From Phoronis australis (Eukaryota; Animalia; Phoronida), in NCBI GenBank assembly GCA_002633005.1, contig NMRA01000003.1, positions 777,665-841,664 of the forward strand: 64,000 bases of DNA. Direction: 5' to 3'. Within the stretch, counting starts at the first letter, position 1. Every line of letters begins with the position of its first letter. A program made the position numbers and the translations under genes. The notes under the pieces are model-generated. The model made no database searches. It saw only the letters and a list, made by a program, of their open reading frames with translations, and was not told the DNA's origin. Positions 41,401 to 51,545 of this stretch are shown here, piece after piece.

Positions 41401-42942
41401 CTCATTAATTAGTTGTATGCAGTCATTAGACAATAAAATATCAAACAATTGTAGTCCGGCCGTATTGTCATGATCATCATTGTACCATGTAGAGTTTCGG
41501 GCATTGAAATCACCATTTATGATTATACTAACGCTATTGCGGTTAAGTTCCGCTAACTGATCCGCTAGGGCTTTGAAGTAGAGTTTTCTTTCAGTTGGAG
41601 ATTGAGAAGGTGAGCGATAAAACAACCCATAGTAAATTTTTCTGTGATCGAAATAAATTTCGATCCAGCAGTTGCATAACTGAGGACAAGTTAAGCTAGG
41701 ACATAATTTAAATGAGAGTGTGTTTTTAGTGAATAAAATGATACCACGGCCACTGTTGCTGTGATACGAAACACTGTAACCAGGAATGATTAGTTCATTA
41801 TCAAGGTCGTCTTTGGTAACATTACAAGTTTCACAAAGAGCGACAATCATATAATCGTAAGACAGAACAAAGTTTTTTAGAAGTTGGAATCTGGAGAAAT
41901 TGTTGGATTTAATACTGTTAATATTTGAAAATAAGATTTTAAAGGTAGTATTGTCTTCAGGCCCAGGATTTTCTTCAACATCGCCAGCTAAAAGGAGGCA
42001 CATGCCAATGACGATTCCGTAATCCATACAGGTGTTACATAAACAATAGTAAGACACATCAGTAAGCTGAACCCGCATAGCGTGATATCTCATTCGATGC
42101 CGGTGAGAGGAATTGAACTGTGACCATGAGGGGGAAAACAATGTAAGACCAGAGAAACTCACACTACTCGAGGCACTCAAAGGATAGCCGTATTTAACAA
42201 TTAATACACCAATGCTTGTTGAAAATTCAAGGGTTGTTAAATGAATAAGGTAGTCTGGACAACTAGGGTAGTCATTTTTAAAAAACAAAATTATATCATA
42301 GGCTCGCTTACAGGTACATAAATAGCAACTTAGTTGAAAAGCACAACATATAAATTCAATCTTGGGAAACCAGTTAGTTCTGTTGCAAGTGAATACAAAA
42401 CACATAGATAATGATTGACCTAAAGATATGTACAGAGGAAATATGATCAAATAGTAACGGACAAAAGAAGGTTAAAAATAAGAGTTTGAAAACTCAAATT
42501 CGCTGAAGAAAACACAAAAAGATGTATTGAAGATTTCTCACTTTGGATAAATTAGCTGTAACACGTTTTAGACTTGATAAAAGGCTATGAGTTCTTACCA
42601 CTATAGGCCACCCAGTAATGACTGAACAGCTCATGTGTTCGGTGGTGTCTTCTGAATTGAAGTAAACTTTCTCACAGATTGAAACACCAGTTTTCACTGG
42701 GATTATTTCAACTTGATACTCATTATAAACTAAATTATGGTGACAGACAGTGCTCAACGTGATTTTTTCACGGGCAAGTTAAAACAGTAATAACTAATTA
42801 ATGATATGGGGAATCATTCTGAAACCCACAACAAAAATCACATGTAGTTGTAGATTCTGCACCTGACTGCCAGAGAACAGAACAAGTGCCTAGAAATTAA
42901 AATAAATATTATAGTGAGTGAGAGGTGTCAATAACATGACCG
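38465..42942 (-). mobile_element. Intact TSD-bounded CR1/L2-group (Crack/Daphne-like) LINE, about 4.5 kb
   Basis: 13-bp target-site duplication AACACTTACACTT at 38452-38464 and 42943-42955. Poly(A) tail (T10 at 38463-38472), AATAAA on the minus strand (38487-38492), 3' stem-loop (38528-38560), one uninterrupted EN-RT ORF. Confidence 0.92.
38698..42405 (-). CDS. LINE polyprotein: N-terminal leader, 2A-like peptide, APE endonuclease, reverse transcriptase
   Basis: Open frame; first ATG at 42405 (the ORF track starts at TTG 42450). LLLAGDVEENPGP; endonuclease motifs ALCET, YRSP, GDFNA, SDH; RT motifs YRPITLL, QFGF, FLDIASAFD, GVPQGSVLGP, YADD, HLGI. Confidence 0.95.
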   Translation of the reverse strand: MCFVFTCNRTNWFPKIEFICCAFQLSCYLCTCKRAYDIILFFKNDYPSCPDYLIHLTTLEFSTSIGVLIVKYGYPLSASSSVSFSGLTLFSPSWSQFNSSHRHRMRYHAMRVQLTDVSYYCLCNTCMDYGIVIGMCLLLAGDVEENPGPEDNTTFKILFSNINSIKSNNFSRFQLLKNFVLSYDYMIVALCETCNVTKDDLDNELIIPGYSVSYHSNSGRGIILFTKNTLSFKLCPSLTCPQLCNCWIEIYFDHRKIYYGLFYRSPSQSPTERKLYFKALADQLAELNRNSVSIIINGDFNARNSTWYNDDHDNTAGLQLFDILLSNDCIQLINEPTRITDVSHSCIDLCITNNLSIIDSCSVLPPVGNSDHHTIETTLTLKKPVKEQHTTRTNWKYDQVDTDKLRQDITNTDWDSILNTGDIDDTVSLFTSTLYEILKNNIPSTEKIIKHNSKPWFNSNVKRAIRTRNRLYSSFRRSNNTIIYNRYKEQSRLVETLVNQAKADHRHKLFQQINSASKNSKEYWNIINKIRGSQQQSSYPVINYNGNLASRSSDKCDLFLKFFTNKSHITPTEVSNFPFLRERCLNQLSDIPANQTDVRKYLNEIDPNKNDGTALITSKMIKMIANEITMPLTNLFNKLLQLGIYPSSWKHGIMVPIHKKGSKTEISNYRPITLLNTLSKIFEKIIAQSILTFLKQNNLIYHRQFGFLRGNSTVAQLVEIVHEIHLHFEKGESVRSIFLDIASAFDCVPHDLLLHKLRSYGITGNLLNMITSYLSERTYSVRVDGVLSILSHPGFVNAGVPQGSVLGPLLFLVYINDLPDNLSCSTYLYADDTALFYPFAGSSPECSLQLQHDLNKLSYWSQEWRMNFKPEKSVDLTFSKSINALFLVDPSYDLKLNDEIIPRKQSHRHLGILLDEKLSFTPHVRELVQKTQELINPLKLVSRHLNSTHLEVLFKSFVLPHIDYCDIIYQSANTGALQHLEKLQYQAALLITGAYRGSNSVKVLNNLKWPKLSTRRNLHMTTFTFKVINNVNNVSVKKIFDLYIRQGHRSDLRFSTPYAIPPSFSQAFRRSTVMMCINNWNSLPVSVKESNSFTSIKNNFRTVFHNFDNSTPLTQFSLTRDNEIALYRSRCGLFLNSDKFRHNFSNVSPNCKCGDHQSYPHIFFKCPLIESLRDSLFRALNDNQSVVNALNSCNNIPTRVTLLLNGSPNLDFVLNEFLLSNVSKFLYTVYQYCCI

Positions 42943-42977
42943 AACACTTACACTTGAGTCCGAAATTTTAGATATTC

Positions 42978-43070
42978 TCGGAGTAATGAACCTTCGGAGT
43001 TGTGAACCTTTGAAGTGGTGAACCTTCGGAATAGTGAACGTTTGGAGTAGTGAACCTTAGGAATAGTGGG
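42978..43070. repeat. 16-bp minisatellite (TCGGAATAGTGAACCT-like, about 6 copies), probably the end of an older DNA transposon
   Basis: Repeated TCGGAGTAATGAACCT / TCGGAGTTGTGAACCT / TCGGAATAGTGAACGT units just outside the right LINE TSD. Confidence 0.8.
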
Positions 43071-43907
43071 TTGTTTCCATTTCCAACGATGTAAACAACT
43101 TAAGTACGCTAACACGCAAAAATACAATCAGATGAAACATTACCGACTAAACATTTCCGTCCGAGTACGAAACGAGGTGTAATTACTCATTTAAAAACGC
43201 CTGATTTGAAAGTTGGGCATGGGTAACGCGAGAACGTTCTATTTCTGGACCACATTGCATCCGAACTTTAAGTCCCGTTCTTTGCGAGCAACCGTCACGG
43301 CATCCTCATTTCTGGTATTACGAATTCTGTCTTATCTCACGAACATAGAGCTGAGAGTCATGACCGTCGCGTATACAGATTTCCCTTCCCCCTAATTAAG
43401 CTGTGTCACGGACCTTACCGAAAACTCTACAGTGTCGACATGTAAAAGTAGGATGCGTATGTTGACCAAACATGAAAACCTAACTCCTAATGTGGTGTGA
43501 ACGTAGCTTGAAACCATCCTAAAATAAGGCAGATAAATAATCCTGAAAAGCTGGGAACGGGTAAGCCTGCAAACACAACAGTCGACGACATCAATCTTTG
43601 AACGCCATAATAGCCGCTCACCTACACTGTGGAACTAAAGGACTGCACGTCCAGCGAGTGCACTTGTATGGGCCACGCGCGAAAAGCATCTTGGTGCCAG
43701 GTCATCTATTAATTTCAGATAAGCAGGAATTTATATCTAAATAAAGCTAATAATACAAACATAAAAAATTACTTTGCTACTCGTTTACTGTCAGGTCATG
43801 ACACATTGTTACGGGCATCCTAAGATATCATATGGTTGATAAAATATAAGCACATGTGTTACACTTTTTGCACGCATTGTTCTGTTGCCATTTGTGTGTA
43901 TCTAAAT

Positions 43908-44083
43908 ATGCACGCACCCAGCCTATAATATAGGGGTGCTCGAATTTTTCAGTATGTGGACCTTTTACTAAAAAAACGTGGACTAAAAAAACGGCGTGCA
44001 TTCGCGCCGAATTCCTGTGTACTCATTTCTCTGAGGCGGACCTTTCGAGCCCCCGAGCCCCCCCCCCCCAGGGTGCGCGCATG
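43908..44083. mobile_element. MITE with ATGCGCGCACCC-type TIRs; related copy at about 60253-60389
   Basis: Termini ATGCACGCACCC and GGGTGCGCGCAT. The internal GGACCTTTT..ACTAAAAAAA and CCCCGAGCCC segments are shared with the second copy. Confidence 0.65.
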
Positions 44084-44511
44084 TCCAAACAAAATGGCAG
44101 ATCCAGCTAGTATTGGAGATCTGACTAACATTAGAGACCGGGCTTTTATGGGAGACACGGCGTTTTTTAATTTCAGGGTACCTATTGCTGCTCAGAATTT
44201 AGAAACTTTGCTATGCAAGCCTATGGATGCAGTGGGACATTCCCAGATGAAAGGAATTCTGGGTAGGATATGGCAGTAGTATTCCTATGTGTTAGGGATA
44301 ACCTATGTGTCTATATTATGTTATTTTATCTTTACAGACATCATTTCACTCCTCGTTGTGCTTTATTGGATTAAATGCAAAGAGCGTCGGGAAAACCGCT
44401 GGAACTCCTCCGAAACGCTAGCATTCAAAAACGTTCAACATCAGCATGAGCTCAATATGTTATGTCTGCAAAATTAGTGGTTCCCGCCTCTATTGCAATT
44501 AGCAGATTTTG

Positions 44512-44741
44512 AGGGCCTGTTTCGGAAAAATTACCAAGTAGTTTATTAGTTAAGTAGATAATATTATTACTAATGTACAGTCAAGTAAGTCAAAATTAAG
44601 ACAAAACTTATATCAAACACTTAAAAGTCAAACTTAAGATCTATTTCTTGAATAGGTTTTGAGACAAATTTAACATTTATTTTAAAATTTACAAAAATTA
44701 AGATTTGTCTTAGCTAAGTCAGTCTTGCTGGAACAGGCCCT
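44512..44741. mobile_element. MITE with AGGGCCTGTT TIRs
   Basis: AGGGCCTGTT at 44512 and AACAGGCCCT ending at 44741, around an AT-rich, partly self-complementary interior. Confidence 0.6.
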
Positions 44742-44969
44742 TGTACTTTAAAAGGCATCTTTTACGTTTACAGGATTTATATTCTTTCTGTTAAAAACAG
44801 ATTAAAAACTACTGACCAATGACCTGGTGGGTTGCTGTTTTTTTTTTCAAATTTAATATTTCAATTTTGAGTTCGATCTTTTCCTAGGAGCTAGCAAGGG
44901 ATGAGTTCGTCCCTTGAACTTAATCTAAAAATGACAGGTGGTAAAACACTTTGAAATCCGGTAAACATT

Positions 44970-45720
44970 ATGTATTAAAAATGCTAGCCTTTGATCCTAA
45001 TAGGAGTGGGCCTTCGTCAGGAATGAAGACAAATGATGTGAAATGCTGTCTTATACCAAACTGTTAAAAAATACAAGGGGGGAGAGAAAGAAAAAGAGAG
45101 ACGAAATGGGAAATGGGAACAGTTGGAGGAAGTTTATTGAGACCGCTGTTCTCGTGGATGTTGAAAAACAAAATCAATGACATTGTCCAGGTGTGAGAGT
45201 GATCAAGATTCCCAGTCATCACACTGTGCTGCTGTGGCCATATGACGTGAAATGTTCCTTCACCGGAAGCGAAGAACCATCACGGATAGTTTTACGGTGT
45301 CCATTGAAACGCGGGTAGAGCGGGTACCCGGTATTACCAGTGTACCAGTCTTGAGGACTGTGGTATATATATAATGACAGATGACTTGCACATAAATTTA
45401 CCTCTATTTTCCCACTAGGTTGTTGAATTTTGACCTTATTTTGAATGTACTGGCATCTGGGTTTATTACATGGGAAGGTACCACCAGCGGGTGTATCACT
45501 GATGGCGACTTTTCGTTAGATAATCTACTACCTGTGTGTACGTGGCTGTTTAAATGTCAACATTGGAGGTTCCGGGAAAACAGTGGCGAGTTTGGGATCA
45601 TATGTTTGGCTATCGCCCTTTGGCGTGTTGAAGACATTTAGAAATTACGAAATATTTTCAATTCAAACAAATATTTGAATCTACAGAAACAGTGTTGTTT
45701 ATAAGGATCTGAATTCTATA
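44970..45720 (-). mobile_element. Decayed Penelope-like element (GIY-YIG endonuclease end)
   Basis: Minus-strand fragments DPKLATVFPEPPMLTFKQP, FMCKSSVIIYI and YTGNTG-LYPRFNGHRKTI...PVKEHFTSYGHS match the Penelope linker and GIY-YIG pattern. Confidence 0.75.
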
Positions 45721-46132
45721 ATGTGGCGGTGGGAATATGTCAAAGAATAGAAACTAGTGTTTCAAAACAGAAAGAGAATCTTGGGATTTTTAGGAGGATA
45801 AAATTTCCCACAAAGATTTTTTCACCAGAGCTAGAGTATCGTTGTGGTGAGCAAGAACAAAAAACGTTGGAGAGTGTGACCAGGGTGTTCGAAATGGGGT
45901 CAGTTTGCGACCGGTGGGTAATGGTTGGTTGACATTCGTGGCGACCAGGGTGAGGGACGTAACAGGGGACGACTGGGGGTTGAAACTGGTTGCGACCGGA
46001 GGAGTTGCATTGTGCTCACATTTTGTTCGCTCCCCACCTAACTTCCCACGCACATGGTTTAAAGCGAAAAAATAACATTCGCTGTATTCTCAGCACTGTT
46101 TCATTGGTGTCATGTTGTTTAGATATTCTTAA

Positions 46133-46962
46133 ACGGAGAATGCCACCCAAAAAACAACCTATTTTGTATCAATTTAGATCGAGTAGTTCCACTCGATAAC
46201 AGCAAGTTCAGTTGTTTTACCTGACACCAATGACGTAATCGGTTCGAACGCAGTCTGTTCAGCCGTTCACAACACGCTTACTGGTGTCAACTTATCGCTT
46301 GAATGCATCGTTTTACACCAATAAATAATCAAATTTCGATGTAAAACCCTTACAAATACAATAAGTTCTTAAACAAACGTGTTGTTTTATTTCACTGTTA
46401 CGGATTTATAGATATTTGAACGTACGCGGGTAGCCTACAGAGTTTGGTCAAGGAGTGTAGACTCCTAGGTTCGGTAGGCCAATTTATCATGGTCGATAGC
46501 GGGAGTTTGGGTGTTCGGTGGTAAATTCGAATCATTTTTCCGTGAAATACAGACATGAAAGATAGCTGTGTGTTGTACTTTTAGGCTTGCGATTTTTTCA
46601 GTTTTAAACACACAAAACGCTTGTTATCCCAGCCAGTGCCTCGGAACCCGATTAGGCCCGTCGAGGCCGCCGGGAGTGGACATCACGAACAAAAAACCAG
46701 CTTAAGTTGGAAACCAAACCTCCAGTCACGAAAAGACTACACTAGTGAGCCAAAGAAATAATGCGCACGTAATTATTTTGGTGAATAAGCCACGAAACTG
46801 CAATCTAGTTACTTGTCGGGGTGGCGAAGTCAAGATGCCCTTTTGCAGAACCGTCAGGGCAAAAGTTATACACTACTAACAATGACGTGAATAACGTACT
46901 TGTATATCTAAAATAAAGATTCCCCTAACATGTGACCATAGCAGTCGAGTTATTGTTTCAAA
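46133..46962 (-). mobile_element. Partial inverted copy of the right part of the Kolobok-type element at 51546-53141
   Basis: TTAA at 46129-46132, then A(C)GGAGAATGCCACCC-AAAAAACAACCTAT..GTATCAATTTAGATCGA. Co-linear reverse-complement similarity to about 52381-53141. Confidence 0.85.
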
Positions 46963-47099
46963 GGCCGTGATCCAAATGCTGTTTTTTACTTAACCTGGAT
47001 TTGCCGGATAAAGTTTTTTCTTTGCAGTTTCATGTAGCTTAGGCATAGTTTATTATGATTTAAGGAGGTGACCGTTCGCAGCCCTTGAGCATTTAAAAT

Positions 47100-47410
47100 A
47101 TGCAAATTAAGGTCGCCATTATGCAAAATTCTATTTTTGCTTATAATTTCCTTACCAAGCACTGCAGCCAGATAATTTTGGCGTTTTTACCCATGTTTTC
47201 ATGGTCAAAGAATTTAATAGTGCAGGTTTTTTGGTGAATACATTGTTAATTTGCATAATTTATGCAAATTAAGGCCGTCATTATGCAAAATTCTATTTTT
47301 GCTTATAATTTCCTCACAAAGCACTGCAGGCAGGTTATTTTGATGCTTTCACCCATGTTTCCATGGTCAACGAATTCAGTAGTGAAAGTTTTTGGGTGAA
47401 TGAATTGTTA
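47100..47410. repeat. 162-bp tandem repeat, about 2 copies
   Basis: ATGCAAATTAAGG..CATTATGCAAAATTCTATTTTTGCTTATAATTTCC starts at 47100 and 47262. Confidence 0.9.
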
Positions 47411-49498
47411 AACATTATTCATCACACTAGCGACTAGTGCATGACAACTGTGTAAAAATTGCAGAATACGAGATTGCAGCTAATAACGTGACAGAAGCCG
47501 GTAACAGCTACAAACCGGATAGGTAAGGCGGCTCAGTTAGTTACATAAGAGATGTCACAAGGGAATATTGATTTTACTTGTATGGGAGATTCCGGTACAT
47601 GTATACTATCTCAAGCAGTATCTAAAGCTTCCATTGTCAGGTAAATATTTACCACGAATTTATGAACACGTGCACACGTGCGAGGCTCTCGGTATACTGC
47701 TAATACATGGGGGACTACAGCAGGAAGTAACACTATACCGCATTTGAGACATAGGACGTAAGTGTTTATTAGAGTTTTACCACAGCCGATTATTTCAGGA
47801 ACTTCTTTGTCGTGTATTGTCATTGAAACTTGTCCATTATTACGTGGAGACATTATTCTGCACCCTCCTCTCACAGCGCACGATGAAAAGTAAAAAATTA
47901 CGACTTTTTGTAAGAACATCTCCCGATAACTTGACTTTGGCGAGACCCGTCAGTGAAGCTCATTACAAAAAAGACCACCTGGTATTACAGTAAAACCTCG
48001 CCAATTTAAGACACAATATGTCGGACAGGTGAAATTGTATTCAGTACCAGAATGATGCTTTGCCACATCTCAGTTCAGTCTAAACCATAGCCACTAACAG
48101 AAAATATACTGAAAAATTGTGGCCGATCACAACATTATTAGAAGCCCTCGAAAAAGTGCAATGTGCGCGTTTATTATATGTCGAAACTGGAGAGGTTTTA
48201 CCGTACTATCGCAAATGCATAAAATTAAACTATATTAAAACAGCATTTCACAGGTGAGCGGATCTAATGTCAAAACTAGTAGGTCAAGCCACGAGCTATA
48301 CCTGGTAGAGCTGAATGCGGTGAAGGTTTGATCGGCAGACAGACAACAAAATCGCTATCCGTACAATGGTGATTAATTAAGCATTGAAGCTGAGATGCAA
48401 GTGTAATATTTATAAGTGACAATGCTGACGGTCATGTATCCAGACAGGGTAAGTGTAAATTTGCGTGGCTGTAAAGTTGTAAAGGAACGGAGATATACGT
48501 TTATTATGGTTAGTGCATCTACATCTCTTCACACGTAACAGGTTTCAAATCTAATCATGTTTGACTCTGGTTAGATTCTGTCCCATTCTAAAGTATAAAG
48601 TTTTTTTTTTTTTATTTTTCCATTCGTATTCCACTAAGCAAGAAATTCAACAGCGTGACATTTGGTGTGAATGTTAGTCCGGGTGCTTCAACACAAGGAG
48701 ATCTCAATTTACACTCAGTTTCGTGATTTTCGATTTGACACAATGGCATGTGTTTAGGACTTATAGTTTTAGCACATGTTGCTGTGTGGTTTTGATAATG
48801 GCCGAAGTCTAAAAAATACGCCGTGAATTAATGATAGTAGTTACAACGTATTGATTAAGGTTCAAATTATGAACACATCTTCCCATAATGCGGCCATGCA
48901 GCATTCCCGGTTCTTCCCTGCTGATTTGTAAGTGAAATATAAGAAATGCAGTGCACATCCTGTTTACAGCGTCACTGCACTGTAGAAAAAACAGAAACCT
49001 CGACACGAATGATTGTGCTCTAGTTTTACCGGCACTAACTCTTGCTCATACATTAGTCTGTCAACATCTTTTTGAGTTCAAGACGTCTTCAAAATATTGT
49101 TTGGTCACACAAAAATGTTCATCTGGGGCTAAATTCATTACAAGTGTTCTTAAACGAGTACTGACTTGTGACATAGGCCTACCCAAACATGTCATGGTGT
49201 CTAAACTAACCATTTTATCTCCATCTATTTACCACAAATGACGGATGGGTCACTGGTCACTGACTATTGTATTAAACCATCTCTCCGTCCTAGTTTTCAA
49301 TAGAAAAGGAACCACAGAGCATACTCGGGAATGAATAAAAGAGTGTTGCATTTTGCCTGTCTTCGTTTTTTTGACAGAATGAGGTTTTATTTTATTTTCA
49401 GGAAATTACTAGAAAGTTGCTCAGTTTCCACATAATACGGTAGGAGCATCAACGAAAGCCACGTGACGTAACTACAACACTTATTGTTAACTGCAGAA

Positions 49499-50057
49499 AT
49501 GGATACGTGTAAAGAATCATTATCTAAACGGCTGTTGAATGTCAAGACATTTGTAGCTTGTTTGTCGTTCGCTATTTTTACTAGCTCTGCCTATCGCGCA
49601 TACTGTGTGGCGTCCATAACGACTATAGAGATGGAGTTTCATATACGGAGCTCACAGGCAGGGCTTTGGTTAAGTAGCTTTGACATCACCCACGTGCTTG
49701 TCGTCATGGTGGTAGCGTACATCGCTGGTCTCGGCCACATCCCGCGTATACTCGGCGTCTGTTTGCTGCTGGCCGCTGGATTTCTCTGTTTGGGAACTCT
49801 TCCGCATTTTTTGTTCGGTGGCAGCATGACCGTGGAGACAAAAAATGATACGTTCAGAGACTTTTTATGCTACGCAGACAGTTCACCACTTCCCCACAGT
49901 GATTGCAATAGTACTGGTTACGACACGACGAAGAGCTCGTATGCTATTTTAGTGACAGTAAATGTGCTTGTTGGTCTGACATTATCAGGACTGTACTCTC
50001 TCGGGATAACTTACATTGACGATAACAGTTCAAATCGCCATTCACCTCACTACATGG
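49499..50057 (+). CDS. SLCO: SLCO/OATP organic anion transporter, coding exon 1
   Basis: ATG at 49499 with an in-frame TAA upstream (49469) and an acceptor at 49400-49401. OATP motifs ITTIE..F, SSQAG, SFDI, HIPR, LPHF, GITYIDDN. Donor G|gtaaga (phase 1). Confidence 0.9.
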
Positions 50058-50151
50058 GTAAGATCGACTTTCAGCAATCTTTAGGCTTATTCTTCCTCTG
50101 TCCCTGATTACATGTCACTGGCCATGGATTAGTATATTGGGCCAAGTTGGT

Positions 50152-50395
50152 TTTGCCCCACTATGACATGGGTTAGAGTTTCAAACATATATCTGCTTCT
50201 CCTTTTGCCCCAACAAGACATATGGGTGAGAGTTTCTACTATGAATTTAGGTCTTCTTTCGCTCCACCATGATATGGGTTACAGTTTCAACCATCAATCT
50301 AGTTCTTATTTCGCTCCACTATTACACAGGTTAGATTTTCAATCAAATACTTCTATAGTTTTTCATTTGTCCCACCCCAAGTTCAGAGTTACAGC
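50152..50395. repeat. Imperfect intronic minisatellite of about 55 bp
   Basis: Recurrent GCCCCAC..GACATGGGTTAGAGTTTCAA-like units. Confidence 0.7.
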
Positions 50396-50520
50396 CAAAT
50401 AGTTCCATTGTCAGACGGTTACTTCTTCATAGATCTCCTAGTTGTTAAGCTATTATAGAACTGTATGTGATTACAAGATTGGTGTACTTTGATAAAACTG
50501 GAAAACTATACGTGTTTCAG

Positions 50521-50595
50521 GCATTGTTTACTCGATGTATGCGATCGGTCACGTATCAGGATACGGTTTGGGAGCCGTGATAACAAGCATGAAAG
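50521..50595 (+). CDS. SLCO: SLCO coding exon 2
   Basis: Acceptor gtttcag|GC; encodes GIVYSMYAIGHVSGYGLGAVITSMK (TM5-like); donor G|gtaagt; phases 1-1. Confidence 0.88.
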
Positions 50596-51545
50596 GTAAG
50601 TCAGTGCAGTCCAGAAATTTTCCTAGACGCGGTTTTAGTACCTCATAAGGTGACGTCAGGCAGATCACATTCACGATATGCCACAAACAACACTATACAT
50701 GTAGATCCACATTTTTACTATATATTTATCATGCGCAGACCCGCACGCTGCAATCGACCAATCGGCAATTACTGTTACCTCTATCAATCCCAATAACCTT
50801 TGCTGGATAATATCCGGACATGCGCGATAGTTAAACCGATTCGGCTGCAACCAGAGACCGTGCTGCAACTCTGCTATTACGATGTTTAGTGCTGATGTAT
50901 CTGCCACTATTATAATTTGGACCCAAAAATAAATAGGAATATAAGTCCACAGTCACACCATATTCTCCAAAAACTTAAAGGTCTTGGAATTTTTTGGGTT
51001 CGCGTAACCACGGCACAATTTAGCACTTGGAATTTTTACAAAATTATGCGTTTGAATAAATTGGTGCCACGGTACTCTGACAAAGGTTGCACCCATTGTA
51101 TGGTCCCGGGGTGTTGAGAAGGATTAAGATTCAGGCCCTTTGCCAGCATTGTGCAGGGGTGGTTTGAATAAGTTCTAAAACGGTGGACCTTTGATATTTT
51201 GCAAACGTCGACACTGTATAGTTTTCCGTAAGGCCCTTGTCGAAGCTTGATTAGGGAAATCTGCATACACAACGACGACTTTCAGCTCTATGTTTCTGAG
51301 ATTAGACAGAAGTCGTAATACCAGAAATGAAGATGCCGTGACGGTTGCTCGCAAAGAACGGGACTCAAATTCGGATGTAATGTGGTCCAGAAAGAGAACG
51401 TTCTCGCGTTACTCCTGCCAAACTTTCAAATCATGCGTGCTTAAAATGAGTGATTACGCCTCATTACATATTCGGACGGAAATATTTAGTCGGATAATGA
51501 CTCGAGGGAAATTTTATTTGATTTCCTTTTTTGCGTGTTACTTAA

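Noticed and set aside
42494-42757. 87-aa ORF as LINE ORF1
   Set aside because: Too short, non-ATG start, and no PHD, RRM, esterase or coiled-coil features.
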